Source: a virus. Taken from it: a DNA stretch of 64,000 bases. The stretch lies in IMG/VR virus record IMGVR_UViG_3300018080_000118, positions 71,947-135,946 of that record. One strand, 5' to 3'. The notes below the pieces were generated by a model. It did not search any database and had not been told where the DNA came from. It saw nothing but the letters and a program-made list of their open reading frames with translations. The position numbers and the translations under genes were made by a program. Positions within the stretch are counted from its first letter, which is position 1. Each line of letters begins with the position of its first letter. This document shows, piece by piece, positions 55,488 to 64,000 of the stretch.

Positions 55488-55847
55488 CTACTCCTCCAAC
55501 ACACTCATCAGTTCCTCGGTGTCTACCTCTGCCGCTGTCTTTGGGCAGGTTCGGTTCTCCTCCATGAAGTCCACGAACCTGGTCCACGTGAGTTCGGCTA
55601 CTTGTTGTCCGTCCCTGGACATGACCATGCCTGTTCCTCTGGCGTTGGCTCCGACCCTCACGTTGGTGGGGTGGGGGGTGCCAAGACCAAACCAGCGGCA
55701 GTGCTTCTTCACGACATTCGCCGCCGCCGCGCGCCCATTTTCCTGCAGCGTGATCTTGCTGATGTTCCAGACCCACTGCGAATAGCAGTGGTTGAAGCAG
55801 ATGATCGCCAGCCGCTTCTCTTCGAATGTAAGTGGTGCTCTCGCCAT
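55488..55847 (-). CDS. Hypothetical protein
   Basis: GGAG SD before ATG 55847. Confidence 0.55.
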   Translation of the reverse strand: MARAPLTFEEKRLAIICFNHCYSQWVWNISKITLQENGRAAAANVVKKHCRWFGLGTPHPTNVRVGANARGTGMVMSRDGQQVAELTWTRFVDFMEENRTCPKTAAEVDTEELMSVLEE

Positions 55848-55908
55848 AAAAACTCCAACAAAAAAGGAGGCGCAACGAACGTACATTCGTTGCATTGTTC
55901 TTATGACT

Positions 55909-55940
55909 AAAAGAAAGGCGCTAGTTAGCGCCTTTCTTTT
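55909..55940. terminator. Perfect inverted repeat; bidirectional terminator-like
   Basis: AAAAGAAAGGCGCTA-GT-TAGCGCCTTTCTTTT. Confidence 0.7.
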
Positions 55941-56094
55941 CCTTCACGAGTTCGTGAAGGTATGCTAAGTTGTAAAGCCTCGCCTGGTGGACCGCCTGCT
56001 CCATTTCTCCGAAGAACTCTTTTATTCTCCGGGATTCTGCGCGCTTTCTGCGTGCGCGGCCCGGGAGTAGCTTCTCCAGCAAATACTTGAACAT
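55921..56094 (-). CDS. 57-aa protein absent from the ORF track
   Basis: AGGAGG SD; MFKYLLEKLLPGRARRKRAESRRIKEFFGEMEQAVHQARLYNLAYLHELVKEKKGAN. Confidence 0.55.
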   Translation of the reverse strand: MFKYLLEKLLPGRARRKRAESRRIKEFFGEMEQAVHQARLYNLAYLHELVKEKKGAN

Positions 56095-56182
56095 GTCTCT
56101 TCCTCCTAAAGGTATTGTCTCTACACTGTGCTTCTACCTCAAAAGTTGCTCATTTTTGGTCCCTGCGCATACTTACGTTGAT

Positions 56183-57595
56183 ATGGAGTCTCTAGCAACA
56201 TTCCTCGTAGAGAAGCTCGCAGCGAAGCGAGACTTCGCCCCAGGCATCCCAGCGACCAAGAGGATGAAGGCCATCCCCAAGGTCAAGAAGGGCGAGAAGG
56301 AACCTGTCAACTGGTGGTACGTGGATCACAAGCATGATGCACGTAAAGCCGGGCTGCACAGTGACCTACGTCTGTCCGACGGCAACGTCGCTTTCTCGTG
56401 GGCCATCAAGAAGGGGCTGCCCCTGAAGCCTGGCGAGAAGCGCACGGCCATCCGGCAGCCGGACCACAAGATCTCGTACATGTCCTTCCAAGGACATCTG
56501 CCGGAAGGGTACGGGGCCACGAAGGGGCGCGGCGTGTGGATCCAGGACCAAGGACCAGCGCGCGTGATGGAGTCCAACAACAACAAGATCAACTTCACGC
56601 TGCTCCACAAGAAGAACCCTGTACGCTTCACGATGGTGCGCCAGCTGCCCCGCAAGTGGCTGCTCATCAACACCACACCCACACCCAAGACGCGCCCAGA
56701 GGTGCCGCAGTCCAAGCCCAAGTACCGGGAGTCTCAGCCCGACGAGTTCGAGAAGCACGTCACCAATGGGGCCACCCAGGCCATCATGGAGAAGATTGAC
56801 GGCGCTCACATCTCGCTCAACCTGGACCGGGACACGCCGGAGGTCTACAGCTATCGGCCGCGTGAAAGATCCACAGGGCTGATCGACCATACCTTCGTTG
56901 CCGGCATGGATCGCGTGAAAACGCCCAAGTCTCTCCGTGGTGCCCGTGTGCGAGGGGAGATCTACGTCACCGACAAGAAGGGCAAGGCCATCCCCAACCG
57001 GCAGCTGGCTGGTATCCTCAATACGAGCCCACAGAAGGCGCAGGATCGCCTCAAGGCCAATGACCTCAGAGTAAGGCTTGGGATCTTCGACGTGATCTCC
57101 GGCCCCAAAGGCAAGAAGCTGGAGGACGCGCCCTACCGTGAGAAGCTAAAGGTGCTCAAGAGGATCGAGTCCAAGCTCAAAGGGAAGGGTGTTCATGTCC
57201 CCGTCATTGCCACGACGGCTTCAGCGCAGCGCAGGCTCTTCGACAAGATCGAGAAGGGCAAGCACCCAACTACGGATGAGGGTGTTGTGGTGTGGAAGAT
57301 GGACCAGCCCGCCCGTCCCACCAAGATCAAGTTCCGCCCGCACCAGCAAGTGTACGTTCACACGATCTACGAGGGAAAAGGCCGCTTCAAGGGGAAGGCT
57401 GTTCGGTACACCTACAGCTTGACGCCGGGAGGCAGTCCTGTAGGCTTCGTGGGGACAGGCTTCGACGATGCCACCCGCAAGTGGATGTGGAAGAACCGCA
57501 AGAAGCTCAAGGGTACGAAGGCTGTCATCAAATCCAAGGAACAGTTCCCGAGTGGTGCCTTCCGGGCTCCGAGCCACTCGCACTTTCATTTGTAG
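56183..57595 (+). CDS. LigD-like 3'-phosphoesterase fused to ATP-dependent DNA ligase
   Basis: PE domain HDARKAGLHSDLRL...SWAIKKG...DH...YMSFQG...GYGA; ligase EKIDG, RGEI, IFDVI, EGVVV, KIK; OB domain VGTGFDDATR...FRAP. Confidence 0.85.
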   Translation: MESLATFLVEKLAAKRDFAPGIPATKRMKAIPKVKKGEKEPVNWWYVDHKHDARKAGLHSDLRLSDGNVAFSWAIKKGLPLKPGEKRTAIRQPDHKISYMSFQGHLPEGYGATKGRGVWIQDQGPARVMESNNNKINFTLLHKKNPVRFTMVRQLPRKWLLINTTPTPKTRPEVPQSKPKYRESQPDEFEKHVTNGATQAIMEKIDGAHISLNLDRDTPEVYSYRPRERSTGLIDHTFVAGMDRVKTPKSLRGARVRGEIYVTDKKGKAIPNRQLAGILNTSPQKAQDRLKANDLRVRLGIFDVISGPKGKKLEDAPYREKLKVLKRIESKLKGKGVHVPVIATTASAQRRLFDKIEKGKHPTTDEGVVVWKMDQPARPTKIKFRPHQQVYVHTIYEGKGRFKGKAVRYTYSLTPGGSPVGFVGTGFDDATRKWMWKNRKKLKGTKAVIKSKEQFPSGAFRAPSHSHFHL

Positions 57596-57602
57596 GTGAG
57601 CT

Positions 57603-59321
57603 ATGTCGATCATCGCATCACAGCTTGGCAATATCTTTTCCACCGGCGAGCCGTGGGCGCGTAATGGGCAGCAGCGGTTCCAGCTGCAGCTCGCCTCGTC
57701 GCTGGTGGTGACGAGCAGCATTCTCAGCGTTGCCTCTGGCGGTATCACGTCGTCACACCTTGCCCCCGGCGCTGTGACTGCTTCTGCGCTGAACATCACG
57801 TCGCAGGACGTCCCGCACTCCAGCCCCAGCGTGGCTGCCACCGACGTGAAGGCAGGTCTGGAAGAGGTTGCTCTGGGATACCTCTCGCGGCTGCCCAAGG
57901 GCGGCGGCACGATGACCGGCACGATCGACATGGACAACCAGAAGATCACCAACGTGCCGGATCCCATTGCTGGTACTGACGCGGCGAACCTGCAGACCGT
58001 TACCGCAAGCGTGAGTCGAGGCGACTACTATTTCACGCCCACCACCTACGGTAACCCCACGGGTGCCAACGGCACGCTGAAGGCGACGTGGATCCGTGCT
58101 TCGGCATCGTTCTACTTCTCGGCGCTCCCCTCCCTGGGCGACACGATCACCATTCACGGTGTGACCTTCACCTACGTCTCGTCCGTCACGGCTCCCACGG
58201 AGATCCTGCTCGGCGGTGACGTGCCCTCGACCATCTTCAATACCGTGAGCACGCTGAACGCTTCGACGCTCATCACCCTCGACCTCATCCCGTTCAACAC
58301 GAACTTCTGGAGTGTCCAGGAGGCAGGTATCGGCTGGGCGTTCCACGTTCTGTGCATCAACGAGGATCCACCCAACACGCCGGAGGACGGCGACGACAAG
58401 CTTGCCAGCGAGGTTTCGTCCGTGATCACCTGTGTCCCCTTCAGGGGTGGCCGCAACGTCGTGAAGGACGGCCTCACGGTCTTCGACCTCTACACCAACA
58501 CGCTCTACACTTACGACCAGATGCAGCCGTCCACCCCCTGGATTCCCATCCAAGGCATCGGCGGCCCCACCAACGCCACGCAGGTCACCTATACTGGGGC
58601 GAACCTCACCAACATTCCTGTGGTGAGCCCCGACAACCTCCAGAACATTCTCGTGGCCATCGACACCCGCTTTGGTGCCGGCGGCCTTCCGGCCCACGCG
58701 GTCAACCACGAGGTCGGGGGTATCGATGAGATCAGCGTGGCGGGCCTTACCGGCCTTCTTGCCACGCCGCAGACGCCAGCCACTCACGCCAGCACACACG
58801 AGAGCGGGGGCGCGGACGAAATCAGTGTCGCCGCCCTCAGCGGTAAGTTGGCTGATCTGCAGGATGCCGGTTGGCTGCAGAGCACGGCTGTCTCCGCTTC
58901 GGCCCCGAGCCTCAACGACATCCTCACGTACACCGGCGGGTCCTGGGCACCCCAGCCTCTCGGCTCCATCACCTCCCCTGTGGTCCTGAGCGGTCTTTCC
59001 GGTACCGGTCTCGCAGTTGGCGACGCGGTGTATGTCTCGACGAATGACACCGTTGCCAAGGCGCAGGCGAGCTCCTCGGCGACAATGCCTGCGGCGGGTG
59101 TCGTCTCCAAGTCTTCACCACTGGAGGTAACCGTGGTGGGCAAGATCACAGGTCTGTCTGGCATCACTGCCGGGGCGATCTATTACGTCGACCCGACAAC
59201 TCCGGGAGTGCTCACGAGCACACCGCCGTCTACCTCTGGGCATGTGATACAGTCTGTTGCGCTCGGCCTGAACACGACTACGATCGTGGTGCTGCCGATC
59301 ACCTTCACCCAGATCACGTAG
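57603..59321 (+). CDS. Virion structural/fibre-like protein
   Basis: GGTMTGTIDMDNQKITNVPDP...DAAN; HAxxHExGGxDEI repeats; C-terminal GDAVYV...AKAQA...GAIYYVD domain. Confidence 0.65.
   Translation: MSIIASQLGNIFSTGEPWARNGQQRFQLQLASSLVVTSSILSVASGGITSSHLAPGAVTASALNITSQDVPHSSPSVAATDVKAGLEEVALGYLSRLPKGGGTMTGTIDMDNQKITNVPDPIAGTDAANLQTVTASVSRGDYYFTPTTYGNPTGANGTLKATWIRASASFYFSALPSLGDTITIHGVTFTYVSSVTAPTEILLGGDVPSTIFNTVSTLNASTLITLDLIPFNTNFWSVQEAGIGWAFHVLCINEDPPNTPEDGDDKLASEVSSVITCVPFRGGRNVVKDGLTVFDLYTNTLYTYDQMQPSTPWIPIQGIGGPTNATQVTYTGANLTNIPVVSPDNLQNILVAIDTRFGAGGLPAHAVNHEVGGIDEISVAGLTGLLATPQTPATHASTHESGGADEISVAALSGKLADLQDAGWLQSTAVSASAPSLNDILTYTGGSWAPQPLGSITSPVVLSGLSGTGLAVGDAVYVSTNDTVAKAQASSSATMPAAGVVSKSSPLEVTVVGKITGLSGITAGAIYYVDPTTPGVLTSTPPSTSGHVIQSVALGLNTTTIVVLPITFTQIT
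59194..59214 (+). repeat. 21-bp quasi-palindromic motif, copy 7 (intragenic)
   Basis: CGACAACTCCGGGAGTGCTCA. Confidence 0.65.
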
Positions 59322-59329
59322 GAGGGAGC

Positions 59330-59638
59330 ATGACGTTCTTCGAAGCCTTCGCGGATGAAATGGTGAAGCTCGCGAAGCCTGGTGCGCCGAAGGGACATCC
59401 CGACTGGAAGACCTTCAAGAAGCACAAGGTGAAGCTTACGCCAGAGGAGCGCGCGCAGGTCATGACGGCCAAGGCTGTCTGGCACTTCAACGGTGGCGCG
59501 CCCTCTTCCGCAGTCAGCAAGGCCGTGATCAATGGCAAGACGTGGTACGAGACGCACACCCACCGCGCAATCAACTACGCTCCTACCCTCAAGGGAGCGA
59601 TCAGCCGCTACCACAAGTTCATCAAGAGCACAGGGTAG
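59330..59638 (+). CDS. Small basic protein, putative internal head protein
   Basis: AGGAGG SD; MTFFEAFADEMVKLAK motif. Confidence 0.7.
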   Translation: MTFFEAFADEMVKLAKPGAPKGHPDWKTFKKHKVKLTPEERAQVMTAKAVWHFNGGAPSSAVSKAVINGKTWYETHTHRAINYAPTLKGAISRYHKFIKSTG

Positions 59639-59766
59639 CCCCCCGCCCCACCACTTGCCCATTTTGCGTCAGGGCGTACACTCTGAATGTATGCAGGACA
59701 TGAGGCGGCTCTCATCGTCTTGCGGATTTGCGGCCAAAAATTGCCGGTTTAAGGAGGGACCCTCTT

Positions 59767-62730
59767 ATGGCAGACGTACTCGTCCTTACCAAGAATTTGG
59801 CCACAGGTGTTAGCGAGGCGATCTCGAACCTGCAGGTGGACAACACCAACGGTCAGATCAAGTCTTTGGTCCCGGACACAGGAACGGCCCCGATGACAGT
59901 GCTCTCGACCACCGTGGTCACCAACTTCAACGCCGACCAGCTGGACGGCGAAGAAGGCACCTACTACACGAACTTTGCCAACCACAGCATCGCCAGCGAA
60001 GCTCAGGGCGACATCCTGTATCGCGATGGCTCTGGCTGGGCACGGCTGGCGAAGGGGAACGATGGCGAGTACCTGAAGTCCACAGCGGGCAATCCCACGT
60101 GGGACACGCCTCACACGCTTCCCACGTCCACCACGCAGTACGCGGTCCTCACCGCCGACAACTTGGGTAGCTGGACCGAGGACACGGGCTTCCTCGTCAA
60201 CAGTGGTACCGTGACCGCAGGAGCGTGGAACGGCACCGCCATCGACGAGCAGTATGGCGGCTTGGGCGGAGACTTCTCCTCCACGGCCATCAACTCCATG
60301 CTGTACTTCTCGGCACAGGGCCAGATCGCGGCACTCGCTCCCGGCACGGACAACTACGTGCTGCGCAGCAACAGCGGCGTACCCACCTGGGAGCCGGAAG
60401 AGGCGCTGCCCTCCGGCACCACCAACCACGCCATTCTCGTCTACGACACCTCGTCGACGAACTGGATCGAGAACACCAACTTCACCGTCGATGACTCCAA
60501 CGGCCACGTGACGAACGGTGAGTGGCGCGGCACGACTGTGGGTCTTACCTACGGTGGAACGGGTTCCGATCTCTCTTCCACGGGTCCTGGCGTTCTCGTC
60601 CAGGCAGGCAGTGGCTCCAACGTGACGGTCGAGACGCTGGCCGAGTCGCGAGGCGGCACGGGCCAGACGACCTACACCGCCGGAGACATCCTCTACGCCT
60701 CGGCAGGCACCACGCTGTCGAAGTTGGGCGTTGCCAGCGGCTCTGCCTACGAGGTGCTGCGCATCAACTCGGCCGGCACAGGCATCGAGTACGGTGATGT
60801 GCAGCCTGACGTGGGCGGCACGGGGCTCGACACCAGCTCCTCGACCGGCGTGCCCTACATCAGCTCGGGCACCTGGAGCGTGGACTCGACCTACCTGAGC
60901 GCAGCACACGGCGGAACGGGCGGCGACAGCTCTTCCTCCACGGGTGTGGCCCAGGTGACGTCGGGCACGTGGTCCTACGACGCCGGTCTCACCAACCTGG
61001 GTGATGTGACCATCACCTCCGCAGCCCAAGGCGACATCCTCTACCGGGGAGCCAGCGGCTGGGCCAACCTGGGCGCAGGCACCAGTGGCCTGTTCCTCAA
61101 GACGCAGGGGGCGGCAGCCAATCCCATCTGGGCTGACCCCGGCACCGAGTACAACTGGGAAGTCAACGCGGACAGCGGCGGCCCCCAGACCATCACTGAC
61201 GGTGACCAGATCGACTTCGCCGGAGGCAATGGCATCAGCACGGCGCTGACCGGCGGTCCCACAACCTTCACCAACACCATCTCCGTGGTCTCCGACACGA
61301 CGACTGGCGGCGACGTGGTTCCCATCGACGTGACCGCCAACGGCATCGGCCTGGACATCACCGACATCGACGGCACCGGCCTGACCACCACGGGCAGCGG
61401 CGAGCTGCTCATCGACGTGAACTCGACGGTGAACTTCGGTACGGGCACCCCGGCCTGGACCTTTGACAATGGCACAACGGCCGAGGGCCTGTTTGTCACC
61501 AACGGACCCGTGGACGGCACCCACGTGGTCAACAAGAGCTACGTCGACAGTCTCGTGTCGGGCCTCACCTGGAAAGATCCCGCATCTGTCCTGAACATGC
61601 TGGACGACAGCGACCAGGGCGGTTCCGACCCGGTAGGACCTTCCGCAGGCGACACCTATGTCGTGAACAACTGGTCGACGCAGACCGATGGCGACATCGT
61701 GGAGTACAGCGGTTCGGCGTGGGTCGTTATCGTCACCAACTCCGGTGGCGCTCCCCCTGCTGGCACACGCGTTGTCGTGAGCGGAACCTCCGGAACAACT
61801 CCGAGCGGGTCCTTTGGAGCGCAGGCGAAAAAGATCGGCACGTACAACTCTGGCTGGACCTTCACCTCTCCTTCCGACGGATGGGCGCTCCTCATCGTGG
61901 GCGAGAGCTCCATCTATGAGAACGCGGGCTACACCTATGACGCCGGCAGCTGGGTCCAGTTCACCGGAGCCGGCCAGATCACCGCAGGTGTCGGCCTGAC
62001 CAAGAGCGGGAACACCATCAACATTGGCACCGGTTCGACCGGTGACCTGAACGGCATCAACCGAACGTCCACCGATATCTCGCTCGCCTACAGCTCGACC
62101 TTCTTCAAGCTCACGTCGAACCAGCTGGACCTGGTGTCCAACTCCATCGGCGCGACGGAGATCGACGAGACCGATTCCTACACCTGGACCACCGGAACCC
62201 ACGACTTCCAGAACGGTCTTCAGACGGACACCATCAGCGAGTCCACAGGGAACACGGGTGTCACCGTCGACAGCTGTCTTATCAAGGACGGCGTCGCGGA
62301 TGCGTCCTCGCGGGTCGTGAGCCTCGAAACGAGCTCGGCGGCCTACTCTGTACGCGATGTCCTGTACCTCAACGGTTCGGGCAAGATGGCGAAAGCCCAG
62401 GCCAACTCCAGCAGCGCGGGTTACGTGTATGGTGTCGCGAAGGAAGCGTCGACCGCAGCAGACCAGAGCCGACAGGTCTTCTTGGGCGGGGGCTACAGCC
62501 TCGATGACGCGGACTGGATCAACGTGAACACGCAAACTACCCTCGGATACAGTGTCGGCAACCGGGTGTACGTGAGCAAGGTCACGGCCGGAACCGTCCA
62601 CAACAGTGTGAGCGGTTTCGTCGCCGGCGACTGGGTTCAGTGCCTCGGCGTGATCATGGACACCACGAACCAGGGCAGCGGCTACGTGGCCATCAAGATG
62701 GAGATCGGAGAGCCTGTGCTGCTCTCATAG
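59767..62730 (+). CDS. Long Gly/Thr/Ser-rich fibre-like virion protein
   Basis: AAGGAGG SD; repeated GGTG and AQGDILYR...W units; NKSYVDSLVSGLTWKDP; WVQFTGAGQITAGVGLTKSGNTI. Confidence 0.75.
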   Translation: MADVLVLTKNLATGVSEAISNLQVDNTNGQIKSLVPDTGTAPMTVLSTTVVTNFNADQLDGEEGTYYTNFANHSIASEAQGDILYRDGSGWARLAKGNDGEYLKSTAGNPTWDTPHTLPTSTTQYAVLTADNLGSWTEDTGFLVNSGTVTAGAWNGTAIDEQYGGLGGDFSSTAINSMLYFSAQGQIAALAPGTDNYVLRSNSGVPTWEPEEALPSGTTNHAILVYDTSSTNWIENTNFTVDDSNGHVTNGEWRGTTVGLTYGGTGSDLSSTGPGVLVQAGSGSNVTVETLAESRGGTGQTTYTAGDILYASAGTTLSKLGVASGSAYEVLRINSAGTGIEYGDVQPDVGGTGLDTSSSTGVPYISSGTWSVDSTYLSAAHGGTGGDSSSSTGVAQVTSGTWSYDAGLTNLGDVTITSAAQGDILYRGASGWANLGAGTSGLFLKTQGAAANPIWADPGTEYNWEVNADSGGPQTITDGDQIDFAGGNGISTALTGGPTTFTNTISVVSDTTTGGDVVPIDVTANGIGLDITDIDGTGLTTTGSGELLIDVNSTVNFGTGTPAWTFDNGTTAEGLFVTNGPVDGTHVVNKSYVDSLVSGLTWKDPASVLNMLDDSDQGGSDPVGPSAGDTYVVNNWSTQTDGDIVEYSGSAWVVIVTNSGGAPPAGTRVVVSGTSGTTPSGSFGAQAKKIGTYNSGWTFTSPSDGWALLIVGESSIYENAGYTYDAGSWVQFTGAGQITAGVGLTKSGNTINIGTGSTGDLNGINRTSTDISLAYSSTFFKLTSNQLDLVSNSIGATEIDETDSYTWTTGTHDFQNGLQTDTISESTGNTGVTVDSCLIKDGVADASSRVVSLETSSAAYSVRDVLYLNGSGKMAKAQANSSSAGYVYGVAKEASTAADQSRQVFLGGGYSLDDADWINVNTQTTLGYSVGNRVYVSKVTAGTVHNSVSGFVAGDWVQCLGVIMDTTNQGSGYVAIKMEIGEPVLLS

Positions 62731-62758
62731 CAAAACCTCGGGATGAAGGAGACGTCGT

Positions 62759-63262
62759 ATGTCCCAGGCTTTACCGCCAGAAGTAAAAGCAAGGATTGAT
62801 TCAGCTAAGAAGGAGGCGGAAGCGCGAGCCGCAGAAGTGATGAACAAGGCGGGGGTGCCCCCCGGTGTGGTACCTGGACCTTCTCGCAAGATGGAGATTC
62901 CAGACCATATCGGGGCGGCATCCCAACCTATTCCAGCTCGGCCGCCGACTCCGCAACCGCCTACATCGGCCCCCGCCACAGAGGGCATCAAGGTCGTAGG
63001 CGCGGCTGAAGGCGCGGAGATTCATCTCCTCCAGTTCAGCCTGCACCTGACCAAGAAGGACCTTGAGAGCTGCGCCCTGAGGAAGGAGCTGGCCGAGAAG
63101 GACGCAAAGATTGCTGAGCTTGAGCGAGAGCATCTTCAGAGACGACTGGCCGAGCAGCAGGAGACCCTGGCTAAGACGAAGGAAAAACTGCAGATTCCTG
63201 ACGGCTGGAGCTTCTCAAGACGCGTAGACGGGTCCTACGTCGCAGAGAGACCAAGGCCGTAG
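62759..63262 (+). CDS. Pro-rich/coiled-coil protein, possible fibre chaperone
   Basis: AAGGAG SD; lies between fibre-like genes. Confidence 0.55.
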   Translation: MSQALPPEVKARIDSAKKEAEARAAEVMNKAGVPPGVVPGPSRKMEIPDHIGAASQPIPARPPTPQPPTSAPATEGIKVVGAAEGAEIHLLQFSLHLTKKDLESCALRKELAEKDAKIAELEREHLQRRLAEQQETLAKTKEKLQIPDGWSFSRRVDGSYVAERPRP

Positions 63263-63283
63263 TCACCTCAAGCGAGGTCATAG

Positions 63284-64000
63284 ATGAAACTCCTGGCAAA
63301 GGATCTCTCTACAGGCGTCACCAACGCCTTGACGAAGATCGATGTCGACGACTCCACTGGGGACATGACAACTCTCGGAGTGGTCAACGGCATCGGCATG
63401 GAGCTGCCGTCGCAGGGGACGCGCCCCACTAACCTGAGCAAGGGCGTCTGGGTCAACACCTCCAACGAGCTCCGCTTCTACGATGGTGCCAGCGACTACG
63501 AAGTCGCACACTCCGGCACCGCCCTCGCAGGGGACGTCACCGGCACTCTCGGTGCTACTGTCGTGGGTGACGATACGCACAACCACTCCAACACGACGCT
63601 CACAGGTGTCCCGGGCAACGGCATCGACACCTCCGCCATCCATTCCGGCGACTCCACTGGCGGCGATCTGAGCGGCACCTATCCCACCAACCTGACCGTG
63701 GTCAAGATCCAGGGCAACGATGTGCTCTCAGGCACGCCCAGCGACGGCCAGGTTCTCACATGGGTGAACGCCAACACGCGTTGGGAGGCCACAGACCCGT
63801 CAGGCGGAGCTACCTACTACCAGATCGCCGACAGCTCCATGACTCACACGGCCATCCAAGCCATGCTGGATGACGCGGACACCTATGTGGTGTACCTGAA
63901 GCCCGGGAACTACACCAGTGTCACGGCTGGACTCTCCGTTCCTGACGGAAAGAGCCTCATCGGACTTGAGAATGAGTATGAGGCGAACAACCAGGTCAAC
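63284..64000 (+). CDS. Fibre-like virion protein, 3'-truncated by window
   Basis: GAGGT SD; MKLLAKDLSTGVTNALTKIDVDDSTG resembles the N-terminus of 59767; GGDLSGTYP and DGQVLTW motifs. Confidence 0.7.
   Translation, partial: MKLLAKDLSTGVTNALTKIDVDDSTGDMTTLGVVNGIGMELPSQGTRPTNLSKGVWVNTSNELRFYDGASDYEVAHSGTALAGDVTGTLGATVVGDDTHNHSNTTLTGVPGNGIDTSAIHSGDSTGGDLSGTYPTNLTVVKIQGNDVLSGTPSDGQVLTWVNANTRWEATDPSGGATYYQIADSSMTHTAIQAMLDDADTYVVYLKPGNYTSVTAGLSVPDGKSLIGLENEYEANNQVN
63366..63386 (+). repeat. 21-bp quasi-palindromic motif, copy 8 (intragenic)
   Basis: TGACAACTCTCGGAGTGGTCA. Confidence 0.8.

Noticed and set aside
1-64000. tRNA/rRNA genes, integrase or transposase
   Set aside because: None recognised; intergenic gaps are short and lack cloverleaf signatures by eye. 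A covariance-model scan would be needed to be certain.

Overview
This 64-kb window is part of a large, GC-rich, contractile-tailed dsDNA phage genome. The + strand carries virion genes at 1-10.9 kb (end of the major capsid gene, neck/completion proteins, a 1054-aa sheath, tail tube), 41.7-52.1 kb (frameshifted tail chaperones, tape measure, baseplate, a sigma factor) and 56.2-64 kb (LigD-like ligase, fibre-like proteins). The - strand carries a replication/recombination/transcription block at 10.9-36 kb (sigma70-like factor, RuvC, two RNase H-like proteins, Cas4-like nuclease, UDG, RecA, SF2 helicase, split family-A DNA polymerase, primase, DnaB, replication initiator). The most striking element is a translationally coupled - strand operon at 36.1-41 kb: a structured leader resembling a retron ncRNA, a retron-type reverse transcriptase, an E2-like protein, an unknown dual-coded ORF, a JAB peptidase, a ThiF/E1 and a ubiquitin-like protein ending in Gly, closed by a terminator. 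Other notable features are a 21-bp quasi-palindrome in 8 dispersed copies, a polA gene interrupted inside a conserved motif by a small ORF, and a shared F-x-x-[AG]-F-x-D-E-[ML]-x-K-L-[AG] motif in small putative head proteins. All assignments come from motif recognition by eye; no database searches or folding programs were run.
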